Shown here: positions 1-13,440 of the stretch, in pieces
Position numbering within the stretch: position 1 is the stretch's first letter
Layout: each line of letters begins with the position of its first letter
Assembly: GCA_907165135.1 (NCBI GenBank)
Contig: OU015567.1
Location: 5,394,001-5,458,000, forward strand
DNA length: 64,000 bases
DNA from: Oikopleura dioica
Lineage: Eukaryota > Animalia > Chordata
Direction of reading: 5' to 3'
The notes under the pieces: generated by a model
Told to the model about the DNA's origin: nothing
Databases searched by the model: none
The model's input: only the letters and a program-made list of their open reading frames with translations
Translations under genes and position numbers: made by a program

Positions 1-453
1 ATCCTGACTCAGGTTTTCTTCAAAGTTTGTTAAACAAAAATTGATAACGATTGAAGAAACCAACCCTTTCTTCTTACTTTTGTGGCTTTAGAACAAAGTA
101 AATATTTAAATTGAGCTTCGCACACAACAAAATAACATGATTCACGACAGACTGATCACAGGAGAGGAGACTTGGCAGAGTTCCGCGTTATAGAGTCGCA
201 GGCAGATCAAAGCGCCCGCCGCCACCACTGGCACTGGGTTGACTTTTAACGAGCTCGGCTTTCCTTTCTCGTGGGTACTTCTTTTTCTCCCTCTGCGGTT
301 TCCACCCTGCTGGCACTTTTTAGTGACTTGGTGGAAGCTCGTGTCAAGTTCTTACAAGCCGTTTGAGGGGCGAAAGCGGAAACACGTGACTTTCAAAAAG
401 CTGTTCTAAAAAGTATATCTTTTCTTTTTTAGGCTTTATTTTGGTCCTAAATA

Positions 454-672
454 ACCTGTGCTGAATACCTGAGTGAGGTTCCGAAGGGCTAGAATGAAAA
501 GCCGCGGAGCGGCTTTTTCAAAAACGAAGCTGCGTAGCGGCTTCGGAATATCATCATTTCCGTTAAAATAAAACTACTTGAGAAGCCGCTTTGCGGCTTC
601 TTTTTTAAAAAAGCCGCTTCGCGGCTTTTCATTTAAGCCTTTCTGAACTTGACTCAGGTATTCTATACACTG
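454..672. mobile_element. Palindromic MITE-like element with ~85-bp imperfect arms
   Basis: The left arm gaatacctgagtgaggttccgaagggctagaatgaaaagccgcggagcggc is near reverse-complement of the right arm ending gccgcttcgcggcttttcatttaagcctttctgaacttgactcaggtattc. The ends resemble the cctgagtcagg family at 6631-6699 and 63666-63744. Confidence 0.6.
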
Positions 673-1706
673 TATAGTATACAGCTTTCCGAGCCCAGAT
701 ATCAGAAAGGGTCAAGATGAAAGTTGAAAAGCGCCGATCGCAAAGTTGGAAATACTGATTAGCAGAGCTATGCACATCTCAGCCTTCAGCCATTTTTTTC
801 CAAGACGGGCGACGGCCGGAATTTCGGAGGAAAAATCGCCGACCAACGGGATTCCTCGTTGTTTCGCAACGGAAATCAGGCCATAGACGAGCTGGAGAAT
901 CAAGGAAACTAAAGATATGGGATGAAATTTGATGGATGATAGAAGGACTTACGAATGACGATGACCATCGGGATGTAAAGAGTCGATTCGATGCATGTAT
1001 TTGGATTTCGAGACATTTTGACCAAGTCTTCTGAGCATTGCAGAGCCGTGTAAGTATCATTACTGTAACACTCTCTCATGCAGAAATCTCGTTGTTTTAG
1101 CAAATCACTTTATTAACTGTTTAAATTTTATTTTATAGCAGAAACGGTTACCTTAGATATTTTGAGCTGGAGACGAAAAGTGCCGAGTTGACGGCTTGAC
1201 CAGCAGAAGCTGAAGTGTTTCCTTCCTTTTTAGCATTCTCATCCGAGCTGTTTTTCTTGAGCTGAGGGCTCTTTCCTCCTGGAAGGCCCGGTATGTTCAT
1301 TTTCTCTTGTTGGGTTTGAGAGTAACATTCTGACTTTTAAACTGGTAGTTATTGCAGAGTAGGTCGTAAAATTACCGTAACAGAAAGACCATAAAAAGAG
1401 ATGATTATACTTACATTTAGCAGAAGAAAAATAATTGCTTTGGAAAGAAATTTAACACATAACTTCATTGGTTATTTTAGATGTTTCTCATTTTCTTGTC
1501 GAAAATCGAAAACAAAGAGGAAAATTTATTTTGCATTGTTGTTACCTGACATTTTCAAGAAGAAAATCGGCTTTCGTAGCAAAAAGCTTAACTGTCTTCA
1601 AATATCAAATGCCAACCTTGATTTTCCTGATATTTGTCCTCAAGCTTTGCTTCGATAAAATTGAGCGCGATGTCTCTCAAATCAGCATTGAAGACTTGAA
1701 TCAGAG

Positions 1707-3345
1707 ATGCGAACTTTTACAGCAGGTAAGAAGCCCCCTGTTTTTTATCCAAAAGTTTTGAATAAGGAGTAGCTGTATTGGGCTTTGCCGCGGCGCAAGA
1801 GCAGCCATGTGTTGGGTCGCTTCCGATGGAGTGCGACTTGGAGTGCGCTGATGCTCCGCCAGCTGGCTGCAACGCTGAAGGAAAAGACCCTCTTTGCCGA
1901 TTCTGTGGGTTTGACGGCTTCAGAGACTGCAAAGGAAACGGACCGTGCTGCTGCACCGATTGCGACGAAAACTGCAAGGCAACCACTACGAAATCAACAA
2001 CGACTACTCGAACAACCACGACTTCTCGCTCTACTGAGTCGACCACATCTGGTTCCACCAGCCAAACATCTTCAGGAACAACGTCACAGTCGCACACAAC
2101 CAGTGGCAGCAACAATGGCGGCGGTGGTGGAAACGGCGGCGGCAGCATTGGCGGTGGTCCTGACTGCTCCAACGTCATCGCCGAGCCAGGCGAGCTCGTC
2201 TTTGAAGAAAACTGGGAATATTTGAACATGGACATTTGGGAGCACGAAATCACGATGGGCGGCGGAGGCAACTGGGAATTCCAGACCTACTTGAACAACC
2301 GCACCAATTCGTACGTCAAGGACAACACGCTCTACATCGCGCCCACCTTCCTCGCCGATGTCGAAGGAGAGTCCTTCCTCTGGACTGGAAATCAAGATCT
2401 CTGGGGCGCTTCTCCAGCCGATCAATGCACCGGAAACGCCTGGTGGGGCTGCCAGCGACAAGGAACAAATCCCAACTACCTGAACCCGATCAACTCTGCT
2501 CGTCTCCGAACAGTGCGCGCGATCAACCTCCAATACGCAAGAATCGAAATCGAAGCCCAACTTCCTCGAGGCGACTGGCTTTGGCCAGCAATTTGGATGA
2601 TGCCCAAACACCTGAGCTATGGAAAGTGGCCTGCATCCGGAGAAATCGACATCATGGAATCTCGTGGCAACGATAAAGTCACCGACCCTCGAAACGGCGA
2701 GGAAGTTGGCAACAACTGTTTCGGGACGACGCTTCATTGGGGCCCGGCTTGGAACATGAATGGCTTCCCAAAGACGCATGCGAATCATTGCTACAATCCG
2801 GGAGAGTTGACGGGTCAAATGCACACTTATACCGTCGACTGGACTTCGGAATACATCGCTTGGGAATTCGACGGTCAGGAGGTTTACAGAGTTGATACAA
2901 ACGGCTACTCCGGCTTCTGGCAAATGGGCGACTGGGACACCACCGCTCCCGGCCTCTCGAATCCCTGGGAATACGGAACTCGAAACCAGAAAATGGCTCC
3001 TTTTGACACTGAATTCTACCTGATCATGAACCTCGCCGTTGGTGGAGTGAACGAATACTGGTCCGATCAGTTCATTTACGAAAACCCAAAGCCGTGGACT
3101 TCTCAGTCGACTCAGGCGATGAAGGACTTTTGGGACCGAAAAAACACTTGGGAGCATACTTGGAATGGTGAGTACTTTGAGTTTGATGGGGAGTCATGGA
3201 TTATTAAGGAGAAGACGCTGCGATGAAAATCGGCCGAATCCGAATGTGGCAGCGAGGAGATGGAACCGAGCAGCTTCAAGAAACTTTCAACTACGAGTCA
3301 AAGGGCTCGACCAAAGTTCATCCAATGTTCAACTTCAAGAACTGA
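1707..3345 (+). CDS. Secreted GH16 beta-1,3-glucanase / glucan-binding protein with N-terminal Cys-rich module and Thr/Ser/Gly linker
   Basis: GH16 catalytic motif SGEIDIMES is intact; WPAIWMMP and GGGNWEFQTY are also present. Exon 1 (1707-1725) plus GT-AG intron 1726-1766 gives signal peptide MRTFTAGVAVLGFAAA. A terminal GT-AG intron after WNG gives EDAAMKIGRIRMWQ...FKN* with the stop at 3345. Confidence 0.9.
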
Positions 3346-5206
3346 GGCTTACTTTCAATAAATTACATGTTTTCGTGAATTTCTCATCATTTTCGCAGAT
3401 TCAAGAAACACAGGATATTACTTGTACTCCAGCGTCTCCTATAAGTTTATATACCAGGATTGATTACAATATATTATAGTTTCTACTCAAGCTCAATGAT
3501 AGGACTTCTGCAAGGTCTAGAAAAAAAAAATGAATATTTCTGACGAAATATTTTACTATAAACGAGACAGAACGGGTCGAGATCAATAAAACGTGTGGCG
3601 GGCGCGCTCCAATCACCTCCCCTAAATTCGACTATCATCTTCTGCTTCCTTAGTCATTCATTGAACTGCTCCTATCTCAGATCTGACGCAACATTTTCTC
3701 ACCAACGAACCCATCAGAGATTTTTTTCCCAGCCAGTTTTCGTCATTTATCGAGAAACAAACGAAATTAGGCAGCTTCGGAAGGAATTCATTCTGTGAGA
3801 CCAGATTCAAGTGATTTTGATTTTGAGACTGCCCGTCATCCGGATTTTAGATAGAGAGCTTGAGCTCTTGTGGAGCTAAAGAGGTGGATTTTGAGATTGA
3901 ACTAACCGGCTGAAATAGAAGGAATATCGTTTTTATACTTTTTTAGGTATTGAAGGATTCAAGTCGACGCAAACAGGAAACCATAATGTAAGCATTACTT
4001 TTCAATTTTATATATTTTTATGAGCGAATTTCACTGAATTCCTCTAAAAAACTTGAGCACTGTTTCGACTTTCATCGTAGAATCTACAGCTAAATTCCAT
4101 TTATGAATATTTTCTTCCCATCATATTTTATTGTGGCTGTTTTGACCAAAATACCCTCAAATGTCAAAATACATCGTTAATTTTAATGAACCTGTTTTGA
4201 TGCTAATTGATTCATAGACGAGATAATCAAATTTTAGAAATTATTCTTGAGTTCTTTTTTGACCGATAAGAATTGATTCCAAGAGTTCTCTTTTGAAATG
4301 TCTATTTTAAAGGCGATTAAGATTTCACTGTGGCAAATTGCCAGAATTTCGCCTCGAGTGGTTTAACGTGGCTTACCCAGCCACTCAGATTCTTGATACT
4401 ATTGAAATTTTCTCTCTTCCTTGAAACTTACGAAATTTAGTCATTCACGTTTTTTTTCCAAAAGAGAAAACTGAAAAAAGAGAATTTATTCTTTGAAGAT
4501 CTCACTTTTGATAACAACAGTAAGACTTACATAATTATGAAAATTATCGACAAAAAATTGCTTCAAAATTTTCTGAAATCTGATTGGCTTTACCTCAAAA
4601 TGAGGAGATCTTATTGGTCAAAAATTTGACTAAAAATTTCTCATGATTTTTGCTTATTTTCATTAATAAATTAAATTATTTCTGTCAAGTTTGAATTTAT
4701 TTCGATGATAAATTTAGAAATGAAGTGACTTTGAAGTTTGACAAATGAGAATCTAAGAGGCCATTAACTTATTATGAACTTTCAAAGAGGGCACATGTCC
4801 CGCCCAAATTTGCTTCAAAAACATGGCCTGCCCTGATCAATTAGTATCATTCTAGAGCTTTCGAAATTCGAACATTAATCCGAATTTCAAAAAAGTAAGA
4901 AATTCCAGCGCTTTTGAGTTTTGTCTATTTTCTCGAAGCTTCTGTTAATTTCTCCCCATTGTTTCCTGCTCAATAAAAGCATCGACCCTCCTTAGCCCAA
5001 TTGATTGTAAAAATACGTTTTAGTGAATTTCGCTGCGAAGAAAAGTGCATGCGCTTTGAGAAGACTCTTGTGACTTATTTTCTCGGCCTTTCTATAATTC
5101 GTTCCCCGATCAACGAATAAGGGAGTAACCGTTTTAATACGCTCACGACGATTTCGAGACAAGAGGAAGTTATTGTTAAAGAGAGATATTTACAGAGAAG
5201 AAAACA

Positions 5207-7809
5207 ATGTCACTGGTAAGTTTTATTTCATTTTTTTTTCTTGAAAAATATATTTGAAACTTTGATCGGTATTACTCTCTCAGAGAATACGAGGGTTTTG
5301 AATCATTTCATTTTTTGTGGCTTTCGATATTCCCGCTTCTTTTTTATATTCCAGAAAATATCCGATGGAGATCTTTTTTTATGCTATCGGAGCCTACTAT
5401 CTACCGTTCTGCTTGAGATAATTGAAAAATTTGAAGATCGAACCAAAAAATTGGTAGAATTTTTAAAGAGGTTAAAGCTCAGAGCCTTAGGTTTCTCCTA
5501 AAAAAATTAAGGGTTTCCCCCAACTAAAAACCCTCAAAAAGCTTGCTTCTAGCAACCTTACCCTTAACGGCCTGTATATCCTTAAGTTGTTGATCAAGAG
5601 ATCATCATAAGTTAACAGTCGTAGTCGAGGGTTCGCCCTAAAAATTTCAATTGAAATTAAGGGAGTATCTAAAATAGCTTGGGAGAAAGACTTGCTCCTA
5701 GAAGGCCCATTATCGAAATTGTTGATTGGGAGTGCTTAAAGATGAATAATTCAAGATTTTTTTCCTTGATTTTTTGATGTTTTCTAGATAAAGAAAATTT
5801 AGGAAAAACATGAACTGGACCAAATGGTGGGCGGACAAGAGAAAAGCGGCAAGAAAATGCAGCTCGTCCGGAACATGGGTTTGTGGACGGGCGTTTCCAT
5901 CATCATTGGAAACGTCATTGGTGGTGGCATTTTTGTCTCACCCGTCGGGGTCTTCAGCGAAGTGGGTTCTCCAGGAGCGGCGCTGCTTGTTTGGGCCATT
6001 TGCGGAATTTTGTGCATTACAGGTAAAAAAAAGGGAGAGGGAAGGATCTTTTGACAATTGTTCAGGCGCATTCTGCTACGCTGAACTTGGCTTGACGATC
6101 CCCACTTCCGGTGGCGACTATATTTACGTTTTACGATGCTTTGGACCGCTCCTCGCTTTCCTGCGGCTCTGGATCGCGATCTTGGTCATTTACCCAGTTC
6201 AGCAAACGATTATGGCTTGGGTTTTCGGGCAGTACATCATCTCCCCCTTCTCGAGGTAAAAAACCACAGGAAAGGATCGATTTTCAACTCGATTCGAAAT
6301 TCTAGCTGCGATAAAGCGACAAACGAGCTGGCGGCAAAGTTGCTCACCGGATGCGCAATTGCAATCTTGACATGGGCTAATTGCAGATCTACCAAGCTCG
6401 GGACATCGCTCAACAATCTTTTCACTGCTTCAAAGGTCTCTGCCCTCGGCCTGCTTATCATTCTTGGATTGAAGGTAGATCCGCGATTTTTTCTTTTCTT
6501 GGATCGTTTTCTAGCGAATTTTTATCGATGGCAGTTCTGGATCACTTGCCGAAGACATTGTTTGGGCAGACACTTCTACTGATATGGGGAAATATGCTTC
6601 TGCTTGTTTGAAGTAAGGATGAGCCTAGAAACCTGTGTAAAAACCTGAGTCAGGATCATCTCGTATCTTTAGACCCTGACTCAGGTTTTCTACAGAGGAT
6701 CCGAAAATCAGGGATTTTCAAAAAGATTTTTTTAACCCGAATTTTCAGGGGTCTCTTTTCGTACCAAGGCTGGAGCTACTTAAATTTCGTGGTCGAAGAG
6801 CTCGTCGAGCCGAAAAAGAATCTTCCGAGAGGAATCTTCATTTCCATCTTGACCTGCACCGGCGTATACTTGCTCGTGAATATTGCTTATTTCGCAGTCT
6901 TGAGCCCGTTGGAATTGATGTCGTCAAAAGCAGTAGCGATTGACGTTGCTAATCAAATGCTTCCTGGGTGGCTGCAGTGGCTTATTCCCATCTGCGTCGC
7001 GCTTAGCTGCTTTGGGGGAGTCAACGGGTCCATCATTGTTAGCTCAAGGTAGGGTAAGAAAGGATGGGGGCATGATAAGGAGGTGATTCTAGAATCTTCT
7101 TCATCGGAGCTCGTGAAGACCAGCTGCCAAGAATCGTGTCAATGATCCACCCAGAACAATTAACACCTATTCCCGCGCTTTTATGCACTGTAAGTATACA
7201 GTACTATGGTCTATAAACTATGGAAAAAGACACGATATTAAGGATATTTAAAGCATTTTTTCTCAAAAAAGTCGCTCTCTTTATGATTTTTTCCGTCAAA
7301 AATGATGCAAAACTTCTTTCTAAGGGAACACTTTCGATTTTGTATTTATTCACTGGCGCTGGAATGTACAATCTGATGAGCTACTGCATGTTTGCCAACT
7401 GGGTTTGGTACGCCTTCGCTGTCGCTGGACTAATCTACTGGCGATTTACGAGAAAAGATTTGGAGCGCCCGATGAAGATAAACCTCATTATTCCATTTTT
7501 CTTCATTGGTCTTTGCTTATTGCTCCTTGTTTTCAGGTTTTTTCATCCATACTGACATCTTTCTTTATTCATTCATTCAGCATATATTCTGAGCCGCTGG
7601 AATGTCTAGCTGGATTTGGAATTTCGCTGATAGGAATTCCAGTTTACTTCCTTTTCATCCACCAAGCTAAGAAACATCCCGAAGCTTACAAATTTTTCAT
7701 GGGTGAGTCCTCGTTGTTTTCACCCCCAAAATATCAACAATTTCTAGACGATCTGACGAAGCAAGGTCAGCTCCTGTTCAACGTCGTTCCTGAAGACAAG
7801 GAAGACTAA
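5207..7809 (+). CDS. SLC7 L-type / y+L amino acid transporter light chain (multi-exon)
   Basis: Family motifs across exons: [89 protein letters not shown]. The start at 5207 (MSL, then a long intron) is inferred; 5824 is the alternative ATG. Confidence 0.88.
5470..5740. repeat. Dispersed ~300-bp repeat; host copy of a family also found inside the Maverick
   Basis: Shares tagcaacct-accctta-cggcctgtatatccttaag and gaaattaaggg-tatct blocks with 40203-40512 and 41494-41815. Confidence 0.7.
6631..6699. repeat. Mini inverted-repeat element (acctgtgtaaaaacctgagtcagg family) in an SLC7 intron
   Basis: acctgtgtaaaaacctgagtcagg...cctgactcaggttttctacagagg. A similar copy lies at 63666-63744, with half copies at 1-20 and near 52410. 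Confidence 0.65.
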
Positions 7810-8160
7810 AAAAACCGCGAATGCAGCGCTGCTCTAGCTCCAATTTTCCAACTCAAGAACGCGACTTACAAATCAATCTTGCTATTTTTGATCGTCGACT
7901 TGCTACAATACCCAATGCCAACAACACAAAATGATGCAAAAACTGTTTAAGATATGAAGAGTTCAAAATATTACCAATAGCAACCAATTTCAAATGCCAT
8001 TTTCTGTCAAAAATAAGATAATAAATGAAGATTTTCAATGATCATGAGACTCATGACATGAGTTTTTTAGTGGTAAATCTTATTAGTTGCGACTCTTTTG
8101 AATCCCAGTTCTCTTTATTAAACTCAGGCACACAAGAAACAGATAAAAGCGAGAAGATAT

Positions 8161-10301
8161 TTAAGCGCAGAATCCAGCAGAGACTTGGAACAAGACTGGC
8201 ACAACTTGGCCACCGCTATGATTGCCAATAATTTCGGAGCTTTTTATTTCGTCTCCGTCCATGTCGACTCTTTCGACATTATCTGATCCATAACCGGAAA
8301 TCAGGAATATCGAATCGTTGATTTGAAGAGACGAATGCGAGTCTATAGCCTTAAATCACATTAAAAAGCGAATATACAATAGCGAATGAAAAGTTCAATG
8401 ACGGACTCATCAATCCATCAAGTGATGAATAATAAACTTACGCTTTTCAAAGTTCCAGTTTGCGACCAGGAGTCGTTAGAAAGAAGCCAGACGTGATCCA
8501 ATCTAGTATTTCCATTGCCAAAGCCACCAAGCATGAGTAAATTTCCGCTCGCAAGCCCAACCAAGACATGACCAAAAAAATAGCTTAAAATAATCTCGAT
8601 GATAAACCAATTCACAGTACCTTATTGGTGGATCTCCAATCACACTCCATCCATTGTTTGTTAGTGTTTCCACTTTCCCTGTGTCCCAACTAGAACCAAC
8701 AGTGGTCGGTTGATTTTTATAAAGCCCAAGTTTCCCCCATCCATGTCCGTAATTCGAGGAAGTTGTGGACGTTGAACTCGACCCATCAAAAATTTCGCAG
8801 TGGTTCTTATTGGAACCACTAGCGAAGCAGATCAAGACTGAAATTTTTATTTTGAATTCGATATTTAAATGTATAATTTGACAAAAATTTCGCTAATTTA
8901 CCTCGCGAATTGCCGTCAAAAGAAAGAGCAGCACTTGCGTAGTCTATATCATTCAAAAGCTTCTCCGATCTTTCTTCAAAATTGCATGCTTGAAGAACAG
9001 CAATCTAAAATTAAAATTTTCTTTCGAAATAACAATTAATTATCAAACCTTTCTGGAGTCCGAAGAGCCACCAAAAATGTACAATTGATTTCCAATGAGC
9101 GCATGCTGTGCCCACTCCGCATAATTATCAGCTGGAGCTGTGATTGTTGCAGAAACTTTTGAATTGCCATCTCCAGAAATCACATATGCGTCAGATAGAC
9201 GCATATGAGAAGGACGAGAATGAACATTTCGCTCTAAAATTCATTCTCGATCGGCTGAAAAATCAACTAAATTGTACTGGATCAAGTGGAGTCGATTCAG
9301 TTGCTGTCGAAGTCGTTGCTGTTCTCCATATAACAGAGCACTTGACATCAAAAGCAGTCGCAATATCAACTTTTGTTGAAAATCGTCTGAATCTGAAAAT
9401 CTGAGCAGACAAAAGACTTGCTCCCAATTTGAGACCATCAGCAGTGACAGCGGCATTTTCAAGCATCGAAACTTTAAGGGTACCCACAAACAAGAGCTAA
9501 TGCATAAGAAAAATTATGGAACCATTCCAGTAATCCCGTCAGAAGTCACATTGCAATCAACAAGTTCTTGACGTAATCAAAGGCTAAGAATATCATATTT
9601 TTCTCTTTAAATTTTTATCTCATCATCTGATTTTAGTCCGCCCTATAGAGACCATCAGCAGTTTTTTCATTAATGGAAATATTGACAAACGACCCCAATG
9701 AATCGCCACCTAACACAAATATAGAAGCTCTATGATTGATGCCTTCTACCTTCGATATTTAAGGTCACATTCGGCGCAACAATCGGGATTTTTCCAGGAG
9801 CTTTTTCACCTCGAAGCATTAATGCCGACTTATCAGTTTTCATGGCAATAGTCGGTTCGCAAAAAATCTCTTCAATTCTGTTAGTTATCAAAATTGATCC
9901 GTCGATTGAAATTGACTCCACGACAAGCGCCGTAAAATTCGCTTATTATAAAGTTTTCGACAAAGAACTCATAAAAAAAAATATCAACCTGAGCCATTAG
10001 CAGAAAAATCATCAAAACAGGTTGAGTATTGCAATAGTTGCGATGGAGAGAGCGCACAGTCGTTTGAAACAGTATTGTTATGACCGTCACTGATCAAGAA
10101 CAGATTTTGTAGATCCGCATCAATCGAACTTCCAGAAGATTCATGGCAGGCAGAGTCCTGTAAATAGATCCCTGGTTTAATCCCTCGAGTAATTTCTCTC
10201 ACCAGTGTTATAAGAGCTCCTGTTTCTTGACAGTCGACATTGAATAAATTGCAACTTCCTTTCACCCGATCAAAAAATAGCAAAAAAAAGAAGCAAATCA
10301 T
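8161..10301 (-). CDS. Paralogue A: signal peptide, ZP-like domain, Ser/Thr linker, Kelch-type beta-propeller
   Basis: Start is MICFFFLLFFDRVKG. SAQIFRFRRFSTKVDIATAFDVKCSV resembles the ZP-C FxFxxFRF...CxV pattern. Kelch-like blades include LYIFGG, TTVGS and LLMLGG...VWLL; the stop is at 8161. The frame at the first Kelch exon needs a 2-nt shifted acceptor. Confidence 0.65.
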
Positions 10302-10898
10302 CTCTCGATCTGATTGCGAAATTTTAAGCGGTAAAAACGCGGTTTTTCATAAGTTTTTAATTGATCCTTGCTTATTTTGTTTATCGTTTTGCATAAAATT
10401 AGGCGCATAATTACTATTGTGTAAAAGAAGCAAAAATGTATTTCATCTTGACAATTTAATTTTTCCCCCGGAGACGCAAACGCCTTGCTCAAATCATTCT
10501 TTGATAATAACTACCGGTATCTCGTCTTTATTTATTATCTGAGATTAACGATTGCACGACATTATAAACATTCGGACATTATAAACAATCAGACATTATA
10601 AACAATCAGACATTATAAACATACTCAGAAGCCAAAATATGGCTGTTTTGAAATTTTCGATTTTTTGAGGATTCCTCAAAATTTTCAAAATTGTTGACGG
10701 GGGGGGGGGTCCTTAAGAGTTCAAAAAACTTGCCAATAGCAACCAAAATGCCATTTTCTGTCAAAAATAAGATAATAAATGAAGATTTTCAATAAAAATT
10801 AGTTTTTTATTTAGTCAGAGCTATTTGAAAATATTTAATTTCAGAAAGTAGTGTGCTGATCTGCTTGCTTTTATTAGGGTAAAATTTGTAGTCGTTAT

Positions 10899-13440
10899 CT
10901 AAGCGCAGAATCCAGCGGAAACTTGAAACAAAGCAGGAAAGGTTCCTGGATTAGAGCTAAATTGGTAAAGTGTTTCGGAGGTTTTGAGTTGATCCCCATC
11001 CGTATCGACTCTTTCAATATATCTGTCTCCATAACCAGGGAAGAGAAATAACGAATCATTGATTTTGAGCGAAGACGCAGCAGAGATTGCCTAAAACCAT
11101 ACATGGCATAATCTTATGAATCGAAAACAAGTTAGGCTGCTTGCTTCTATACTTACACTCTTTAATGTTCCAATTTGTGACCATGAATCGTTTGAAAGAA
11201 GCCAGACAAGATCCAATTGAGAAGTGCTACCATTCCATGAACCAGCGCCACCAAGCATAAGTAAATTTCCGCTCTGAAGCCCGACCAAGACAGAAGAACG
11301 AATATCGCTTAAAGTAATTTCGATGAAAAAATAATTCTTTGTACCTTATTGGAGGATCTCCAATCACACTCCATCCATCGTTGGTGAGTGTTTCGACTTT
11401 TTTCGTGTCACCATAACTAAAAGAACCAACAGTGGTCGGTTGACTTTTGTACAGCCCTAAACTTCCATAATAATGCCCATAATTAGAAGACGTCGTGGAA
11501 ATAGAGGACGTTCCATCAAAGATCTCACAATGGTTCTTATTATCTCCATTCGAGAAGCAGATGTAGGCTAGAAACAAAATCTCAAATGTGATATTTGCTT
11601 ACTCTCTTTGACAAGAATTAAGCTTTTTTACCTCGAGAGTTGCCGTCAACAGAAAGAGCGGCGCTTCCCCAATCTATATCATTCAAAAGCGTCGCAGATT
11701 TTTGCACAAAATTGCATCCATCAAGAACAGCAATCTTAAGGTTTTTGAAACGAACATTTATTTTCAATAAATAAGCCGCCTTTTTCGTTATGTCCCGGTA
11801 GCAACTCAAGGGATAAAAGAGCGGCGTACCTTTGTAGTTTAGAAATTTCAGTCAAAAAAGCTTTTGTCATTTTTAAGATATATGTCTGAAAATAATATCA
11901 AAAAATTATTGAAAGGGTTTTCTTCATTAATTTAAAAGGAGAGTTTCTTGATCTTTTGGAGTAGCAAATAATAATCAAACCTTTCTGTAGTCCGTAAGCC
12001 CACCAAAAATATATAACTGATTCGCAATTAGTGCATGCTGTGCATATTTGATATAATCATCAGCTGGTGCGGTGATTGTTGCAGAAACTTTAGGAGACCC
12101 TCTATTTGAGGCCATTTTGACATTTTTGGCATTTTTATAAAGAATCACCAATCAGCAAAATAGGCGCAAATAGAGGGTCGCCGTAACTTTTGAATTCCCA
12201 TCTCCCGAAATCACGTAAGCGTCTGAAATCGAGCTCGGAACAGCGAGTATGAATATTTCGCTCTAAATTATTTTTCAAATTATCGATTATAACTCAACTT
12301 TTTACCGGATTTAAGAGATTTGATTCACTCGCTGACAAAGTTGCTGATGCCCTCCAAATAACAGAGCACTTGACATCAAAAGCAGTCGCAATATCCACTT
12401 TTGTCGAAAATCGCCTGAATCTGAAAATATGAGCAGACAAAAGACTCGCTCCCAATTTGACACTATCATCAGTGACAACCCCATTTTGAAGCATTGAAAC
12501 TTTAAGGGGCACCTATTTTAAGATGCTTAGATGTAAAAAAAATTTAGGAAGCTTTCCTGTAATCCCGTCTGAGGTAACATTACAATCAACAAGTTCTTGA
12601 CAAAATGTAAGGCTGAGCATTAAATTTTGATTTAATAACTTATTAACCGACGCTAGCCCGACCTATAAAGACCATCAGCAGTTTTCTCATCAACTGAAAT
12701 ATTGACAAACGACCCCATTGAGTCGCCACCTAACAAAAATGAAGAAACTTTACGATTGATACCTTCTACCTTCGATATTTAAGGTCACATTTGGCGCCAC
12801 AATCGGGATTTTTCCAGAAGCTTTTTCATCTCGAAGCATTAATGCCGACTTATCAGTTTTCATGGCAATCTGGGGTCGGCAAACCAACAAAAGCTGATGA
12901 ATGGAGAAGGATGGGTCAACGGGCCATCCTGGATGGACTCAATCCACTCATCCCCATTTCCGTCGTTTTCTGCCGACCCCAGAGGGCAATAGTTGGTTCA
13001 CAGAAAATATCTTCAATTCGGTTTGTTATCAAAGTTGATCCGTCGATTGAAATCGATTCCACGACAAGCGCCGTATAATTCGCTAATTAAAAAATTTCTG
13101 ATAATGAACTCATAAAAAAATATCAACCTGATCCTTCAATAGAAAAATCATCAAAACAGGTTGAGTATTGAAGAATTTGTGATGGCGAGAGCGCACAGTC
13201 GTTTGAAACAGTATTGTTATGGCCGTCACTGATCAAAAACAAGTTCTGTAGATCGGCATCTATCGAACTTCCCGAGGATTCATGGCAGCTCGAGTCCTAT
13301 AAAAAGATCCCTGGTTTTATATCTCGGGTAATTCGTCTCACAAGTGTAACAAGAGCTCCCGTTTCTTGGCACTCGACATTGAATAAATTGCAACATCCTT
13401 TTACCCGATCAAAAAATAGCAAAAAATAGAGGAAAATCAT
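10899..13440 (-). pseudogene. Paralogue B: ZP-like plus Kelch, disrupted
   Basis: Colinear with paralogue A, but CAG has become TAG at 13297-13299. A 121-bp frameshifting insertion (MITE plus TSD) also lies at 12870-12990. Confidence 0.75.
12870..12982. mobile_element. 113-bp MITE with 12-bp TIRs and 8-bp TSD
   Basis: TIRs ctggggtcggca / tgccgaccccag. Flanks are atggcaat (12862-12869) and agggcaat (12983-12990). Paralogue A shows the empty site at about 9842-9849. Confidence 0.85.

Noticed and set aside
120-1300. Possible spliced gene on the minus strand (RDFCMRECY...LYIPMVIV block)
   Set aside because: Coding-like, but I could not build a consistent frame or recognise a family.
1717-3157. 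Long antisense ORFs (1717-2271, 2084-3157)
   Set aside because: Shadows of the GC-richer GH16 coding strand.
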